NCBI RefSeq assembly: GCF_009914755.1
Contig: NC_060925.1
DNA length: 64,000 nucleotides
Strand: one strand, 5' to 3'
From: the human T2T-CHM13v2.0 reference genome, Homo sapiens
The notes beneath the pieces were generated by a model. It ran no database searches. It was not told where the DNA came from and saw only the letters and a program-made list of their open reading frames with translations. Position 1 is the first letter of the stretch. Every line of letters begins with the position of its first letter. Position numbers and translations under genes: made by a program. Positions 1 through 13,310 of the stretch are shown here, one piece after another.

Positions 1-791
1 CTCCACAGTCAGCCTTCATGGCTCTAAAGTTTTCATTCTTCTTGGGTGAATCATGCTCCTAGGAATGATACCATCACTGCTAGTTTCCTGGAATGGCCAG
101 CCTCCCAGGCCGGTTGGAGGCCAGGCAGCTGCACAAGTCTCTTGTGGTTCCCGATATCAGGGGGTCACACTGGGTCAAGGCCTGGCTCTGCCACACAGAG
201 TCCTCCACTCTGAAGACTGCACCTCTGGTTGCCAAAATGACAACCTGCAATTCTTTAAAGTCACTTCCATGGTTACTCGAAAGACCTCCCTCCCCAATTC
301 CTTTTCTTTGTATTAGTTGAAAAGCAGTGCTTACGCTGGTTTGAGGCGTAAAACTACAGGGCCTCTTGCTCAGGTTGCTGGTAGCTTCTAAGTGGACTAA
401 AGTTTTTAAGTCCAAACACACAGGATCTTAATGTAAAACCCAGCACCAAGGTAAACTATTCTTGCTGTATTGATGCTGCTGTCATGTTAGAAGGAAACAT
501 GGCACAGACCACAGAAAAAGCTTGGCATCATCATTACTTACCTATATAATGGAGACAAAGTCCTTTGGTAACCTCTGTTATCACAATATTTGGATCTATA
601 TTGCCAAAATGAAGACCCTTAGCAATCTTCAGTGGCTTGGGGGAGTTCAATTTACCTAAGGAATAAAATTAGGTTAAAAAAATCTTAAAAAAAAAAAAAG
701 AGTCTCAGACAGCCAAATCATTGGAGACCAACAGAGATGCATTAAGGATTGAGATCTGAAAAAGACTACAGGAGTCTTTCTATCAAGAAAG

Positions 792-843
792 AGTGACCAT
801 AGAGAAAAGACCATAGAAGAAAACAGTGACCATAGAGAAAAGA
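792..843. repeat. Short tandem duplication (AGTGACCATAGAGAAAAGA x2 with a partial middle copy)
   Basis: Identical 19-mers at 792-810 and 825-843. Confidence 0.8.
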
Positions 844-2099
844 TCAATCCAGCCCTACAGCTCCGAAGAAGACAAGTGGCGTATCCTGAGGGGAAAATGT
901 AAAGGGGATTGAGAAACTTGTAATAAAAATGACTGAATTGGGAGATGTCAAGGAGAGGGGAAGACAGAGAAAAGAAACTGAGCTTTTTCTCCGCTGAGAA
1001 AGTGCACAATTTTTCGGAGAGCCCAAAACTCCATGAGAAAAAGGTTCTTCTTATTGTTTGCTCTTTCCTCTCACAGCAGCCTAGCTGGAAAGCAAAGTCA
1101 GCTGGAAAAACACAATGCAACCTTCTGTTCAAGGGAAAGTGGAGGAAAAAGAAGTCCAAGGTTGCCTCCTTCTTACCCACTCTTGAGGCACATTTTTATC
1201 CCATTGTTGGACTCTGCGTTTTCCCAGGGGTTGCCATGGCATCAAAGAGACAAATGCCTTGCTCCTGTTTTAAAGCTGAATTCCCTAGCAAACAAAATTG
1301 TTTCCATTTGAGGATATTCTCACCCTCACACGAAACCAGAACTGCTTTCAAAACAATGTGTCTTTTTAAAATATGGATGAAATGTATTGCATTCTTCTGG
1401 TAATAGAAGAAACATATTTTTATTTTTAAAATGCATAAAAACATTTGAAAAACGAAATGCAATTGCCCTATAGATCTTCACCTACAGGTGGTCATGGCTC
1501 ACATTTTGGCATATTTATTTCAGGTCTTTCATCTATAAATGTATATGTATTTTGTATTATACACTGCAAAATTGCAGCCCAATTACATATGCAATTATGC
1601 ATGCTCCTATTTCTTCACTTGATATCCCATAGACACACTCTTCGGAAGCAGGGCTATAAAATCCAGAGATGCTCTTTATAGAGCTTTAACATTTTGCTCA
1701 TTTGCATCTTGCATATTCTTATGAAAAGAAGAATTTAATAAGACAGCAGTTTGGCCTTTATGTCCCCATGAATCTAAACGTTTGAGAGAAGTTAGCAGCA
1801 GGGAAGCATGGGTTAACTGTGTTAGAAAATGTTTGCAAAGAAAGGCCTTTGCTCTCCATTAATTTATGCTATGAAAGAGAGAACACAGATAGTTTCATAT
1901 ATTATCCTGGGACTATATAAAGAAAAGAAACTGAGAAGTTAACTATAAAATGTCATGATTTTTCTTTCAATAGTTACATGTTCTTTAAAATTATAAGCAT
2001 ATTTTACAATTAGTAATTCATTAGCCCATTCATCCTTGCAAAACAGGTCAAGGTTAGTAGGAAACTGGACTCTGATGGGTGTAAAAACATGCATGAAGA

Positions 2100-2526
2100 T
2101 AGTGTGCTATAGTGGAAATGTTTCTAGTTTCACATCAAACTAAAGTGGTTTCTAAACTAAGCCCTGCAATTAACACATGTGCGACCTTTGACATGTTACT
2201 AAAGTTCCCTAACTCTCAATTTCCTTATCTCTAATAATTTAGATTGAAAAAATGTCCAGCCACACGGTTGCACTGAGAATTAAATGAGAAGAAATATGAA
2301 AAAAAAAAAAAAAGGCCAGGTGCAGTGGTTCACGCCTGTGATCCCAGCACTTGGGAGGCCAAGGTGGGAGGATTGCTTGAGGCCAGGAATTTGAGACCAG
2401 CCTGAGCAACATGCAAGACCCTATCTCTATCTTTTTAAAATAAAAATTTTAAATTTAAAAAATGTAAAAATATGAAAAAAGCCTTACTCAATGCCTGACA
2501 CATAGTAGGTGCTCGGCAAATATTTG
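2100..2526 (+). mobile_element. MIR SINE interrupted by a FLAM
   Basis: MIR core (ctcaatttccttatct...gagaattaaatgaga) and 3' end (tgcctgacacatagtaggtgctc) lie either side of the FLAM. Confidence 0.7.
2314..2465 (+). mobile_element. FLAM / Alu left monomer
   Basis: ggccaggtgcagtggttcacgcctgt...gagaccagcctgagcaacatgcaagacc; flanking TSD aaatatgaaaaaa. Confidence 0.85.
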
Positions 2527-3430
2527 TACTCTTCTTTCAATGGCAACCTGAGCTAGAACTTAAATTCTATCCTAGCATTACACCATTTCTATAAACAATG
2601 ATGTTTGCAGTGTTCATTATCCAAGTGGCTAGTGATTCTATGTTGTTTTTTAGCTCCACATTAACAAACGTTCTTGGTAAACACTGCCTCCAGTCTCCTC
2701 TTAGTAAAAGTTATGTGATGTAAAGTTTTCTAATGAAATTTAAGAGTCAGGAAGAATAGGAATGTTCACATTTCCAATAGGTTCCCTTTTCTGAATTCCC
2801 ATCACAGTAGAGGAAACAAGTTAATTTGTGTACCATCAAAACCCAAAGAAAATAAAAGACTTCCCCTGTTTGCTGTTAAGAATTTCCTTAACTATTCTAC
2901 CAGAGCTTCCAGAATCAAGATTAAAAAGAAAAAGAAAAAAATTATGTCTCTGCACATTTCATATCAATGGAAGGATGTTGAAACTGTGCTGGTAAACAGA
3001 GTAAGGAAGCAAAAGCCTTGTTAGAACCTAATTGTTTTCTAATTAACCAGACTGGAAGTGGATGTTTTCAGGGTTTGCTCAACAGACTTTTGAAGATTAT
3101 GAGATTAAATTAGACCAAGTATTTACAAAAGCTCCTGAAAATATATAGCAGACACCAAAAACATTCTTGTTAATATGGCCAAGATTGATTTAAGGCCTAA
3201 GAAATAGTAAAAGCATGGTTTATTTTTGGATATTCAATTTATTTACTTAGCGTGTCTTAGTCAAGGTAACTAAAATCAAAACCACTTGCATAGGTAAATC
3301 AGTATCACATTAGAAATGGGACAATTCATACCCCACATTTATATCCACCCCAGGTACTAATTAGTACTGGTATAAAATAGATAATTGATGGATTAGATAG
3401 ACAGATAGATAGATATAAAGGAAAACACTA

Positions 3431-3740
<310 letters not shown>

Positions 3741-5070
3741 CACTATTTTTAACCATTTAAAAATTATTTAGTTACGTAACTGACCTACACTGCTGAGATA
3801 ACCTATAAATTTCTATATATTGATTTCATTTTACGGATGATGGATTTGGCTAATCATCTAAAGACTTGAAAATCAAAACTGAAATATCTGGATTTTCTTC
3901 ATGCGACAATGAGGAGCCATTGAAAGTTTTTGATCATGAAGGCTATGGTTACATTGTCACTAAAATGTCTTAGAAAGACCATTCAGAAAGTAGTTTGCAG
4001 AATAAACTGAAGGTGGGAGAAATTGGTGGCAGAAAGGTAAAATAGGAGGCTAATGAAATAATCCAGAAGAGAGGTCATTTTTAAAAGTGTGGTATTACAC
4101 AAGTGTGCTTCCACTGAAAGGAATTTTATTTGGTTTGGGTGATTTGGTTTTGGTTTCAATTTTAGTGTTTTGTTCCTTCTACCCCATTAGTGATACCTTT
4201 TCTATTGTCTTTTATTCTTTTTTTTTTTTAATTTACCAAATACCCAGACTTCAAAGAGATATCTTTTTTTCTTTAGAGGAAATACAGCTATTTTCCCAAC
4301 CCACTCCTTCCCCAACACATTCTCAGAAACTTCTGGCTTGTGACCTTCCATTCGTGTTTTAGAGTCCAGCCTCTGGTTCTCTGTAACTATAGGAGCAGAT
4401 GTTGAAATCAGCCACAGTGTTTTATATTCAGCTCCCATCCTCTCCTCTCAAAGTACATACAAATGTGGGCCCCTCAAAGAAGCCACCTTTATATGCAGTC
4501 ATAGACTATAAATTCTTTGTGAGATTACTTCTCAGCAAAAGAGAGACATGAAATGTCTACCAGCCAGCATTCCCAAATGAATCTTGACTTTTAATCCCAC
4601 AAGATCTTTCAAACTGAGGTGAATTTCTTTGCAGTGAGACTTTGCAAATCCACAAAAAGTATTTCCTTTTAAGATGCCCATTCCTGAGGTTTTTGAGCTA
4701 AGGAAAACTGACTAGGCTTGGCAAGTGCAGAATTTGTGATTCTAGTGGTCTGCATTTTGGGTCCCAGACTTTTAATGATGGTAAAAAGACTTCTCATTCT
4801 TTTGAAAAGTATTGCCTGCCTCAGGGAATATATGTATTTTCCTTTTTCACTATGGGAATATCTTCCTTCTTTGGAATACACTTTTCTACCTGAAATAAAC
4901 TGAAGAAATAGGAATCTTGATGATGAAAGAAAAATATGATGTTTGTTTTTACGTGATCAATAAGTAAACCTTCCTACTGATCTAATAAACAGCCAAGAAA
5001 ATACGACATAATTGACAAAGCTCAATGACGTTTAAAATTGAAAGATATTTTAAGAATTATCTAGTTTAAC

Positions 5071-5372
5071 TTTTCTTTTTTTTTTTTTTGAGACAGAGTC
5101 TTGCTCAGTCGCCCAGGCTGGAGTGCAGTGGCGAAATCTCGGCTCACGGCAAGCTCCGCCTCCCGGGTTCTCGCCATTCTCCTGCCTCAGCCTCCTGAGT
5201 AGCTGGGACTACAGGTGCCCGCCACTACGCCCAGCTAATTTTTTTTGTATTTTTAGTAGAAACGGGGTTTCACCGTGTTAGCCAGGATGGTCTCGATCTC
5301 CTGACCTCATGATCTGCCCGCCTCAGCCTCCCAAAGTGCTGGGATTACAGGCGTGAGCAACCGCGCCCGGCC
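5071..5372 (-). mobile_element. AluY
   Basis: Diagnostic aagctccgcctcccgggttc..gccattctcc and gtgttagccaggatggtctcgatctcc; CpG-rich; TSD ttaacttttc. Confidence 0.93.
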
Positions 5373-5442
5373 TTAACTTTTCATTTTTTACATGAAAAGG
5401 GAAACAGTTCTGTACTTTGTAAGAAAATAATTCCTTGCTGAG

Positions 5443-5793
5443 TGTACTAGTCTGTTCTCACAGTGCTAATAAAGACATACCCAAGACTGAGTAATTTATA
5501 AGTAAAGAGTTTTAATGGACTCACAGTTCTACATGGCTGGGGAGGCCTCACAATTGTGGCAGAAGATAAAGGAGAAGCAAAGGCACATCTTACGTGGTGG
5601 CAAGCAAGAGGGCATGTGCAGGGGATATAGAACCATCAGGTCTGGTGAGACTTGTTCACTATCATGAGAACAGCACAAGAAAAAATCCGCCCCCATAATT
5701 CAATTACCTCCCACCAGGTCACTCCCATGACACATGGGGATTATCGCAATTTAAGGTGAGATTTGGGTGGGGACACAGAGCCAAACCATATCA
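5443..5793 (-). mobile_element. THE1 (MaLR) solo LTR
   Basis: tgta...gagatttgggtggggacacagagccaaaccatatca; TG/CA ends; 5-bp TSD ctgag (5438-5442 / 5794-5798). Confidence 0.92.
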
Positions 5794-6024
5794 CTGAGCA
5801 AAGTATAATGAACTAAACTAAAGAATATTCTCAAATTTCTCTAATAAAAAATCTAAAACAATGCCTGGCAAATTGTTCAGAGTTTAAGGATTATCTGATA
5901 TGGAAAATATTCAGGAGAAGTATTATTTGAGGACTAATATGTTTACTATGCTCCAAGATCTATTTAACATGCCAGATTTGTTAATTTAAATGTAGGAGAA
6001 AAATATTTTTAAAACCTCTGGCAC

Positions 6025-6190
6025 TTTCTCAAAGCACTTATCAAATAATTTTGAACATCCCTGTTATCTTTATCTACCAGTAAACTGTAAGCTCTGGAAA
6101 GATAGGGATGGCATCTGACTTGCTAATAACCATTATTATAGCAGTGACTAGGGACAGCAAGTTTTCCGTTGCTATGTGTTGAATGAATTC
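6025..6190 (+). mobile_element. L2 3' end fragment
   Basis: taaactgtaagctctggaaagatagggat...tgttgaatgaat. Confidence 0.55.
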
Positions 6191-6980
6191 ACTAAGTAAT
6201 TAATGAAGATTCTAACATCAGGGCTGTTTTAAAAATAAACTTTTTACTTTTGAAATATTTTTAGGTTTACAGAAAAGTTGTGAAGATAGTAACAGAGAGT
6301 TCTTATATACTCCTTACCCAGTTTTAGTTTTTCCTAATGTTACCATCATACTTTTTCCATGGTACATTTGTCAAAAGTCAACATTAGTACATTGCTACAA
6401 GGTAAACTCCAGACATTTCTTGGACTTGAATTAATTTTCCCAGTAGCATTCTTTTTCTATTCCAGTACCCAATCCAGGGAGCCACATGTGTTTAGTTATC
6501 ATGTCACTGTCACTTTAATGTCCTCTGGTCTGTGACAGTTTCTCAGAGCGTCCTTATTTTTCACCACCTTGAGAGTTTTTAGAGTATTGATTATGGATTT
6601 TGTAGAGTGTCCTTAGAATTGATTTTGTATGATAATGCTTTTCTCATCACTAGACTGGGATTATGTGTTTTGGGAAAGAATGCCACAGAAGTGAAGTGTC
6701 CTCATTACACATATTAGGGGAACATGATATGCATATAACATCACTGGTGATGTCAACCTTGGTCACACGGTTAAGATAGTTTGCTGGGTTTCTCCACTGT
6801 AAAGTCACCATTTTTCCCAATTCCTACTCTATTCTTTGAAAGCAAAGCTGTAAGTCTAACAACATTCAAAAAGGGGAAAGGAAGTTTCATCTACATAAAT
6901 TATTTGAAATTTTTCTGTCAGGAAGATTTGTCTCTTCTCCCCTATTTATTATTCAATCATATTTATCTATTCTTATACTG

Positions 6981-7215
6981 ATATATATATAAATAGATAT
7001 ACATAAATTTATAGATACATTCATATATATGAAATAGAAAATGAATGTATGGATACATTCATACATATATATTCATGTATATTCATATGTATGTACATAT
7101 ATATTCATGTATATTCATATGTATGTACATATATATTCATGTATATTCATACATACATATGTATTCATACATATTCATACATATGTATTCGTATATATGT
7201 ATGGATTTATCCATA
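6981..7215. repeat. AT-rich (CAT/TA) micro/minisatellite with a 32-bp period
   Basis: ACATATATATTCATGTATATTCATATGTATGT unit starts at 7063, 7095 and 7127. Confidence 0.85.
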
Positions 7216-7704
7216 AATTTATTTTCTATTTCATATTACATTTCTAAATTATGCTACTTATTTTGTTGCTCAGATGAGTCCAGCTTTGGACATTGGGCAT
7301 TCCTTCAGTTTGACTACTGCATTGTATTGATATGCTCCCATTCTTAAATTTCTTTTAGCACATCCTTACTTTTTGGTACTACAAGATGCTCCAGGACCAT
7401 CTTGAATTTTTTTTCCCAGTTCTAGAACCAGCCATTTATCCAAGGACCCCTGGTTCATTAAATTGGAAAATCATATTTATAAACCAAGATCTGTTCACTG
7501 GAGTGCTTGTCTCTCCTGGGTGTGACTGCTTCTAGATTTTCACTGTGGCAGAGCCAGATAATGTATGTATATTATCATATGTATAATATATACACATCAA
7601 AATATTTCCTATTTGGTTTTGGTTTGCTCCTTCTGTGTATGTATTTGGGGTTTTTTTGTATGAAGTTTCCATTGTTTATTTATTTCCAATTTTTCATGTC
7701 ATTT

Positions 7705-9660
7705 ATTACTTTTTTTAAGAAATTCAAATTCTATTTTGCATATGGGGTATGTGTGTTGGTTTGTTACATGTGTATATTGCAGACAGGTAGTGAGCACAGT
7801 ACCCACTAGGTAGTTTTCAACCCATGCTCCCTCCCTCTCTTCCCCTTCTAGTAGTCTTTAGCGTCTTTTGTTCTCATGTTTATGTCAATGTGTGCTCAAC
7901 ATTTAGCTCCCACTTTTAAGTGAGAACATAAGGTATTTGGTTTTCTGTTCCTGCATTAGTTCACTTAGGATTATGCCCTCCAGCTGCATCCATAGTGATG
8001 CAAAGGACATGATTTCATTCTTTTTTATGGCTGTATAGTATTCCATGGTATATATGTACCTTATTTTCTTTATCCAATCAACCACTGATGGGCATCTAAG
8101 TTGATTCCATTATCTTTGCTATTGTGAATGGTGAGGCAATGAACATACAAGTATATGTGTCTTTTTGGTATATGATCTATTTTCTTTTGGGTATAGACCA
8201 AGTAATGGGATTGCTGGGTTAAATTGTAGCTCTGTTTTAAGTTTGTAAGAAATCTCCAAACTGCTTTCCACAGTGGCTGAACTAATTGACATTTCCACCA
8301 ACAGAGTTAAAGCATTTCCTTTTCTCTGCAGCTTTGCCAGTATCTGTTGTTTTTTGACTTTTTAATAATAGCCATTCTGACTAGTGTGAGATGGTATCTC
8401 ATGATTTTGATTTGCATTTCCCTGATGATTAATGATGATGAGTATTTTTTTTCATGTGCTTGTTGACGACATGAATCTCTTCTTTTGAGAAGTGTCTGTT
8501 CGTGTTCTTTGCCCATTTTTTAATAGGGTTATTTGTTTTTGATTGTTGATTGGTTTAAGTTCCTTATAGATTCTGGATATTAGACTTCTGTCAAATGCAT
8601 AGTTTTCAGATATGTTCTCCCATTCTGTAGGTTGTCTGTTTATGCTGTTGATACTTTCTTTTGCTGTGTAAAAGCTCTTTAGTTTAGTTAGGTCCCACTT
8701 GTCGATTTTTGCTTTTGTTGCAATTGCTTTTGGTGACTTAGCTAAAAATTCTTTGCCAAGACTGATGTCAAGAAGGGTATTTCCTAGGTTTTCTTCTAGG
8801 ATTCTTATCATTTGAGGTCTGACATTTAAATCTTTATCTTGAGTTAATTTTTGTATATGGTGAAAGGTAAGGGACTAGTTTCATTCTTCTGTGTATGGCT
8901 AGCCAGTTATCCCAGCACCAATTATCGACTAAGGAGTCCTTTCCCCCGCTTGTTTTTGTCAGCCTTGCCAAAGATCAGATGGTCATAGGTGTTCCATTGA
9001 TCTATATGTCTGTTTTTGTACCAGTACTATGCTGTTTTCATTACTCTAGCTTTGTAGTATAGTTTGAGGTTGGGTAGTGTGATGGCTCTAGTTTTGCTCT
9101 TTTTGCTTAGGATTGCCTTGGCTATCCAGGATCTCTTTTATTTCCATATGAATTTTAGAATAGTTTTCTCTAATTATGTTAAGAATGTCATTGGTAATTT
9201 GATAGGAATAGTGTTAAATCTGTAAACTGCTTTGGGCAGTATGGCCATTTTAACAATATTGATCCTTTCAATCCATGAGCATAGAATGTTTTTCCATTTA
9301 TTTGTGTTGTCTCTGATTTCTTTCATCAGTGTTTTGTAGTTCTCCTTGTAAAGATCTTTTGCCTCCTTGGTTAGCTGTATTCCTAAGTATTTCATTTTCT
9401 TTGTGACTATTGTAAATGGGGTTGTGTCTTGATTTGATTCTCAGCCTGGCTGTTATTGGTGTATAGAAATGCTACTTATTTCTATACTTTGACTTCATAT
9501 ACTGAAATATGACTAAGATCATTTATCAGCTCTTATAGACTTTTAATGAAGTCTTTAGGATTTTCTAAATATAGAATCATATTTTCAGTGAAGGGAGATA
9601 GTTTGACTTCCTATTTGAATGACTTTTATTTCTTTCTCTTATCTGATTTCTCTGGTTAGC
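7705..9660 (-). mobile_element. 5'-truncated L1 (older L1PA/L1PB): ORF2 3' part plus 3' UTR, frameshifted
   Basis: ORF-track fragments [63 protein letters not shown] are L1 ORF2p. They are broken across several frames. Confidence 0.93.
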
Positions 9661-11680
9661 ATTTTCCATCTTTGTATATACCAAGCCATTCATGAGATAT
9701 ACTGGTGTCTCCAACTCCAGCCCCACAGAATTCATTCTAGCCTTCCCCTCTTGCTTACCTGTAACCTCCCACTCCAATCGTGGTACCTATCATCAACTAC
9801 CCATTTACTTATTTGTTCAACTTACTTAGGTCAGCTCTTTTCCAGTCACACCCTTTAGTGCAGTTATGTTGTATATTTGTAGTACAACTGTTAGATTCAT
9901 TTGCTTCCATCCTAAGATCTCTGACATCCAAGCTGATTTTTTATAGTTTGCATACATTCAAGTTCACTGCTTGTGATGTGCAGTTCTATGGACTTTAAAA
10001 AATGCAGTTATGCACCCATCAACCCAGTACCATGCAGAATAGTTCCACCACCCTAAACTGTTCCTGCATGTCCCCTTTGTAGTCAACCACTCCTCCAATC
10101 CACCAATCCTTGGCAACCACTGACCTATTTTCTGTCTATACTTTTGCCTTTCCAGAATGTCATATGAATGAAATAATACGATATGTATCCTTTAGGATCT
10201 GGCTTCTTCCCCTTAGTAAAATGCATTTAAGATTCATCATGTTGTTGTAGGAATCAATTGCTCATTCTTTTTTATTGCAGAGTAGTGTACCATGGAATGT
10301 ATACACCACAGTTTGTCTATCCATTCCCCTGCTGAAAGACATCTTCACTGTTTCCAGTTTTTAGTAATTATGGATAAAGCTGCTCCAAACATTTATGTGC
10401 AAGTTTTTGAATGAATATAAATTTTCAACTCACTTGAGAAATACCTAGGAGTATGACTTCTGGGTCATATGGTAAGTGTATGTTTAACTTTATGAGAAAC
10501 TGGCAAATGGCTTTCCAGAGGCTTTTAAAAAATATTACAGCATAGACTGCAGGTTGAAAAGCAGTCTTAAATCAGTTCAACCATAAAATTCAATATAGCA
10601 TTAAGCATTAATAGTTTATCAACATAATTTTTAAAACTATTCTAGTTAAAAGCTCCTCTAAAAATGTCAACAATTGTGGGTAACTGAAGATCTCAGGCCA
10701 ATTATTTATCTGTGAATAGTGCTGTGTTACTCACAAACAAAAATTACCAGGTTAAATTAGTCTCTGTTTTGAGGATGTGTAGCCAATGTAGCTAGTTCAT
10801 ATGAGTAAACTAATATCAGACAAAGAAGATGGTAATTCTCTACAAAGCACAATAAAATTCTGCAAATGTTAAAGAACAGCTTGTTTGCATTACTTTAAAG
10901 CATCATGCCTCTCAAATATAACAGTACCAAACTATTAATTTTCAGAAAAATTACATGATGGTCTCTCAGACTCATTAGTGAAACTCATCTTTTGTATATC
11001 ATGTGTCTTAAATGGTACCTTTTCCATTGACCCTCTGATTCATGTAGAATTACTCCAAAATTATTTGAAAGTTGTCTTTATATTATCCTCAAACTTCTTC
11101 ATTAAGTTCAGTCATACACTTTCTTAAGAAATTTTCTAAATATGTTTGCTAAAATGTAAGCTAAGTTGTCAGCTCTTCAAAAAGAAGCTTGTTTCTCTTA
11201 TTTCTTTACTTTCTCTGCAGCTCCAGAAAGTCAGAAGATAATTAGTAGGCATTTTCAATATTTTCATTTACAACTCAATGTGTAATTTATGTGCAACTTT
11301 TCTTTTATTCTCTCCCCAAAAAAAGAAGATATAAAAGTAGGTTATCAATAAGTAAATAAAATGCATTTTTTATGTTCTGATTACCTCCTCTGTCTATGAT
11401 GCTATATGCAGTTTCTGAACAGCTGAGCTAATTACGAACTCAAATTCTCTTTCATTTATTCCAATAAATATCTTCCACTCTTTGATTCTTCTCTCAAAAA
11501 TTCTAGAGCTTTTCTGTGCCTGAAAATATCATGCAGACTAATTTTTTTAATTTAATTTGAACTTTTACTCTTTACAACCCTATTAATGGGTATAAACTAT
11601 CAATCTTTATAGCAAGCTATCTTCAATGTAGATCAGTTTAAAAAATTGGGAGAGGTAATTCCTTCTCTGCATTCAGGATT

Positions 11681-11995
11681 CAGGACCAACTTCAAGGTAT
11701 GCAATCTGTGTACAGCTGCATAAGGCCCTCACTTGGTTTAATGCTCTGCTGTCTCTGTCTTGAAATTAATAATTCTTTAACAAATTTAAATTCACTGCTG
11801 AGTAGCGTACCACTGAGTATACATACCACAGATTGTTTATCCTTCCCCTGCTGAAAGACATCTCCATTGCTTCCAGTTTTTAGTGATTTTGAACAAAGCT
11901 GCTCTTTATTCAAAAAATAAATTGCAGCAATAATCACTAAAAACTGGAAACATTTTCATTTTTCAGTGGGCCTCACAAGTTATGTAGCTAGCCAG
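11681..11995 (+). mobile_element. MER91A-like hAT DNA transposon relic with an internal ~165-bp insertion
   Basis: acttggtttaatgctctgctgtctctgtcttgaaatt...cattttcatttttcagtgggcctcacaagttatgtagc. Confidence 0.7.
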
Positions 11996-12462
11996 TCACG
12001 TCAAGACCGTATTTCAATCACTAACCAAAGCACTTCAAGGGATTTCTGTAGAACAGTGCATACTTTTCCTAATAACAGGATCATAGCCTCCTGAATTAGC
12101 CAACTTTGTTCTGCAAATACTACAGTTCTACAAATTCCTTTTTCCTTCTTTGTCAGAAATGAGGGAGGGGTGGGGGATAAATGGGAAGGGATACTATATT
12201 CGAAAAATCTTTTTGGCAGTTTTTATACTCAGTAGACCCTCTCTAATGGCCCAGATAAACAAGCCTTATTATTTAGGGGTACATCTAGTAATCCCACCCC
12301 TATTTCTCAATGAACTCCATATTTTCTGTTCCAGGACCTGAAATCAGAGGGAACAAGGTATGATGGACGAAATTTGGCATTAGATAGCTATGGTACGAAT
12401 CTCATTTTTACCACTTCCCAGGTTTTTTATCATGGAGAAATTATTTAAACACTGAAGCTCAA

Positions 12463-12990
12463 GTTTTTTTATTGTATATATTTATGGGGTACAAAGTAAT
12501 GTTGTGATATATGTATAATATGCAGAATTATTAAATAAATCTAATTTACTATCCATCACCTCAAATACTTATCACTTTTTGTGATGAGAACATTTGAAAT
12601 TTACTCTTAGCAATTCTGAAAGGTACATTATTATTAACTATAGTCATCATGCTGTGGAGTATATCTCAAAACATTTATTCCTCCTGTCAAAAAATTAAAA
12701 GTTCATGCCCTGTGACCAACATTTCCCATAACCCCAGCCTCTGATAACCACCATTCAACTCTCTGCTTCCAGGAGTTTGACTTTTTCAGATTCCACATAT
12801 AAGTGAGATCATATGGCATTTGTCCTTCTGTGCCTACCTTATTTCACTCAGCACAATGTCCTCCAGGTTCATCCATGTTGTGGACGACATGTTGCAAATG
12901 ACAGGATTTCCTTCTCTTTTAAGACTCAAGTATTCCATTGGGCATATAGAGCACCTTTTTAAAATTCATTCATCCATTGATGGTCAGGTT
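12463..12990 (-). mobile_element. L1MA-type 3' end
   Basis: tatttatggggtacaa...atccatcacctcaaatacttatc...agattccacatataagtgagatc. Confidence 0.85.
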
Positions 12991-13014
12991 TTTTTAATTA
13001 AAAAATAGACAATG

Positions 13015-13310
13015 GGCTGGGTGCAGTGGCTCATGCCTGTAATCCCAGCACTTTGAGAGGCCAAAGCGGTTGGATCATGAGATCAGGAGTTCAAGACCAG
13101 CCTGGCCAAGATGGTGAAATGCCATCTCTACTAAAAAAAATACAAAAAATTAGCCAAGTTTGGTGGCGGGCACCTGTAATCCCAGCTACTCGGGAGGCTG
13201 AGGCAGAGAATTGCCTGAACCCGGGAGGTGGAGGTTGCAGTGAGCTAAGGTTGCACCACTGCACTCCAGCCTGGGTGACAGAGTGAGACTCCATCTTAAA
13301 AAAAAAAAAA
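13015..13310 (+). mobile_element. AluS (Sg-like)
   Basis: Full dimer; TSD aaaaatagacaatg. Confidence 0.95.

Larger units (their letters stand above)
6230..10520 (-). mobile_element. Old L1M (L1MC/MD-like) 3' region, interrupted by a minisatellite and a younger L1
   Basis: ttaggtttacagaaaagttg...; cttttgcctttccagaatgtcatatgaatg...gggtcatatggtaagtgtatgtttaactttatgagaaactggcaaa. Confidence 0.75.

Noticed and set aside
674-1403. Overlapping 168-aa (-) and 152-aa (+) ORFs
   Set aside because: Low-complexity F/S- or K-rich translations of purine-biased DNA with a local tandem duplication. No recognisable domain, and non-ATG or weak starts.
7041-7347. Repetitive Y/I/H/M-rich ORFs
   Set aside because: Read-through of an AT-rich minisatellite.
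7903-9395. ORFs with reverse-transcriptase/L1 ORF2p-like peptides
   Set aside because: Fragments of a 5'-truncated, frameshifted L1; not an active element or a gene.
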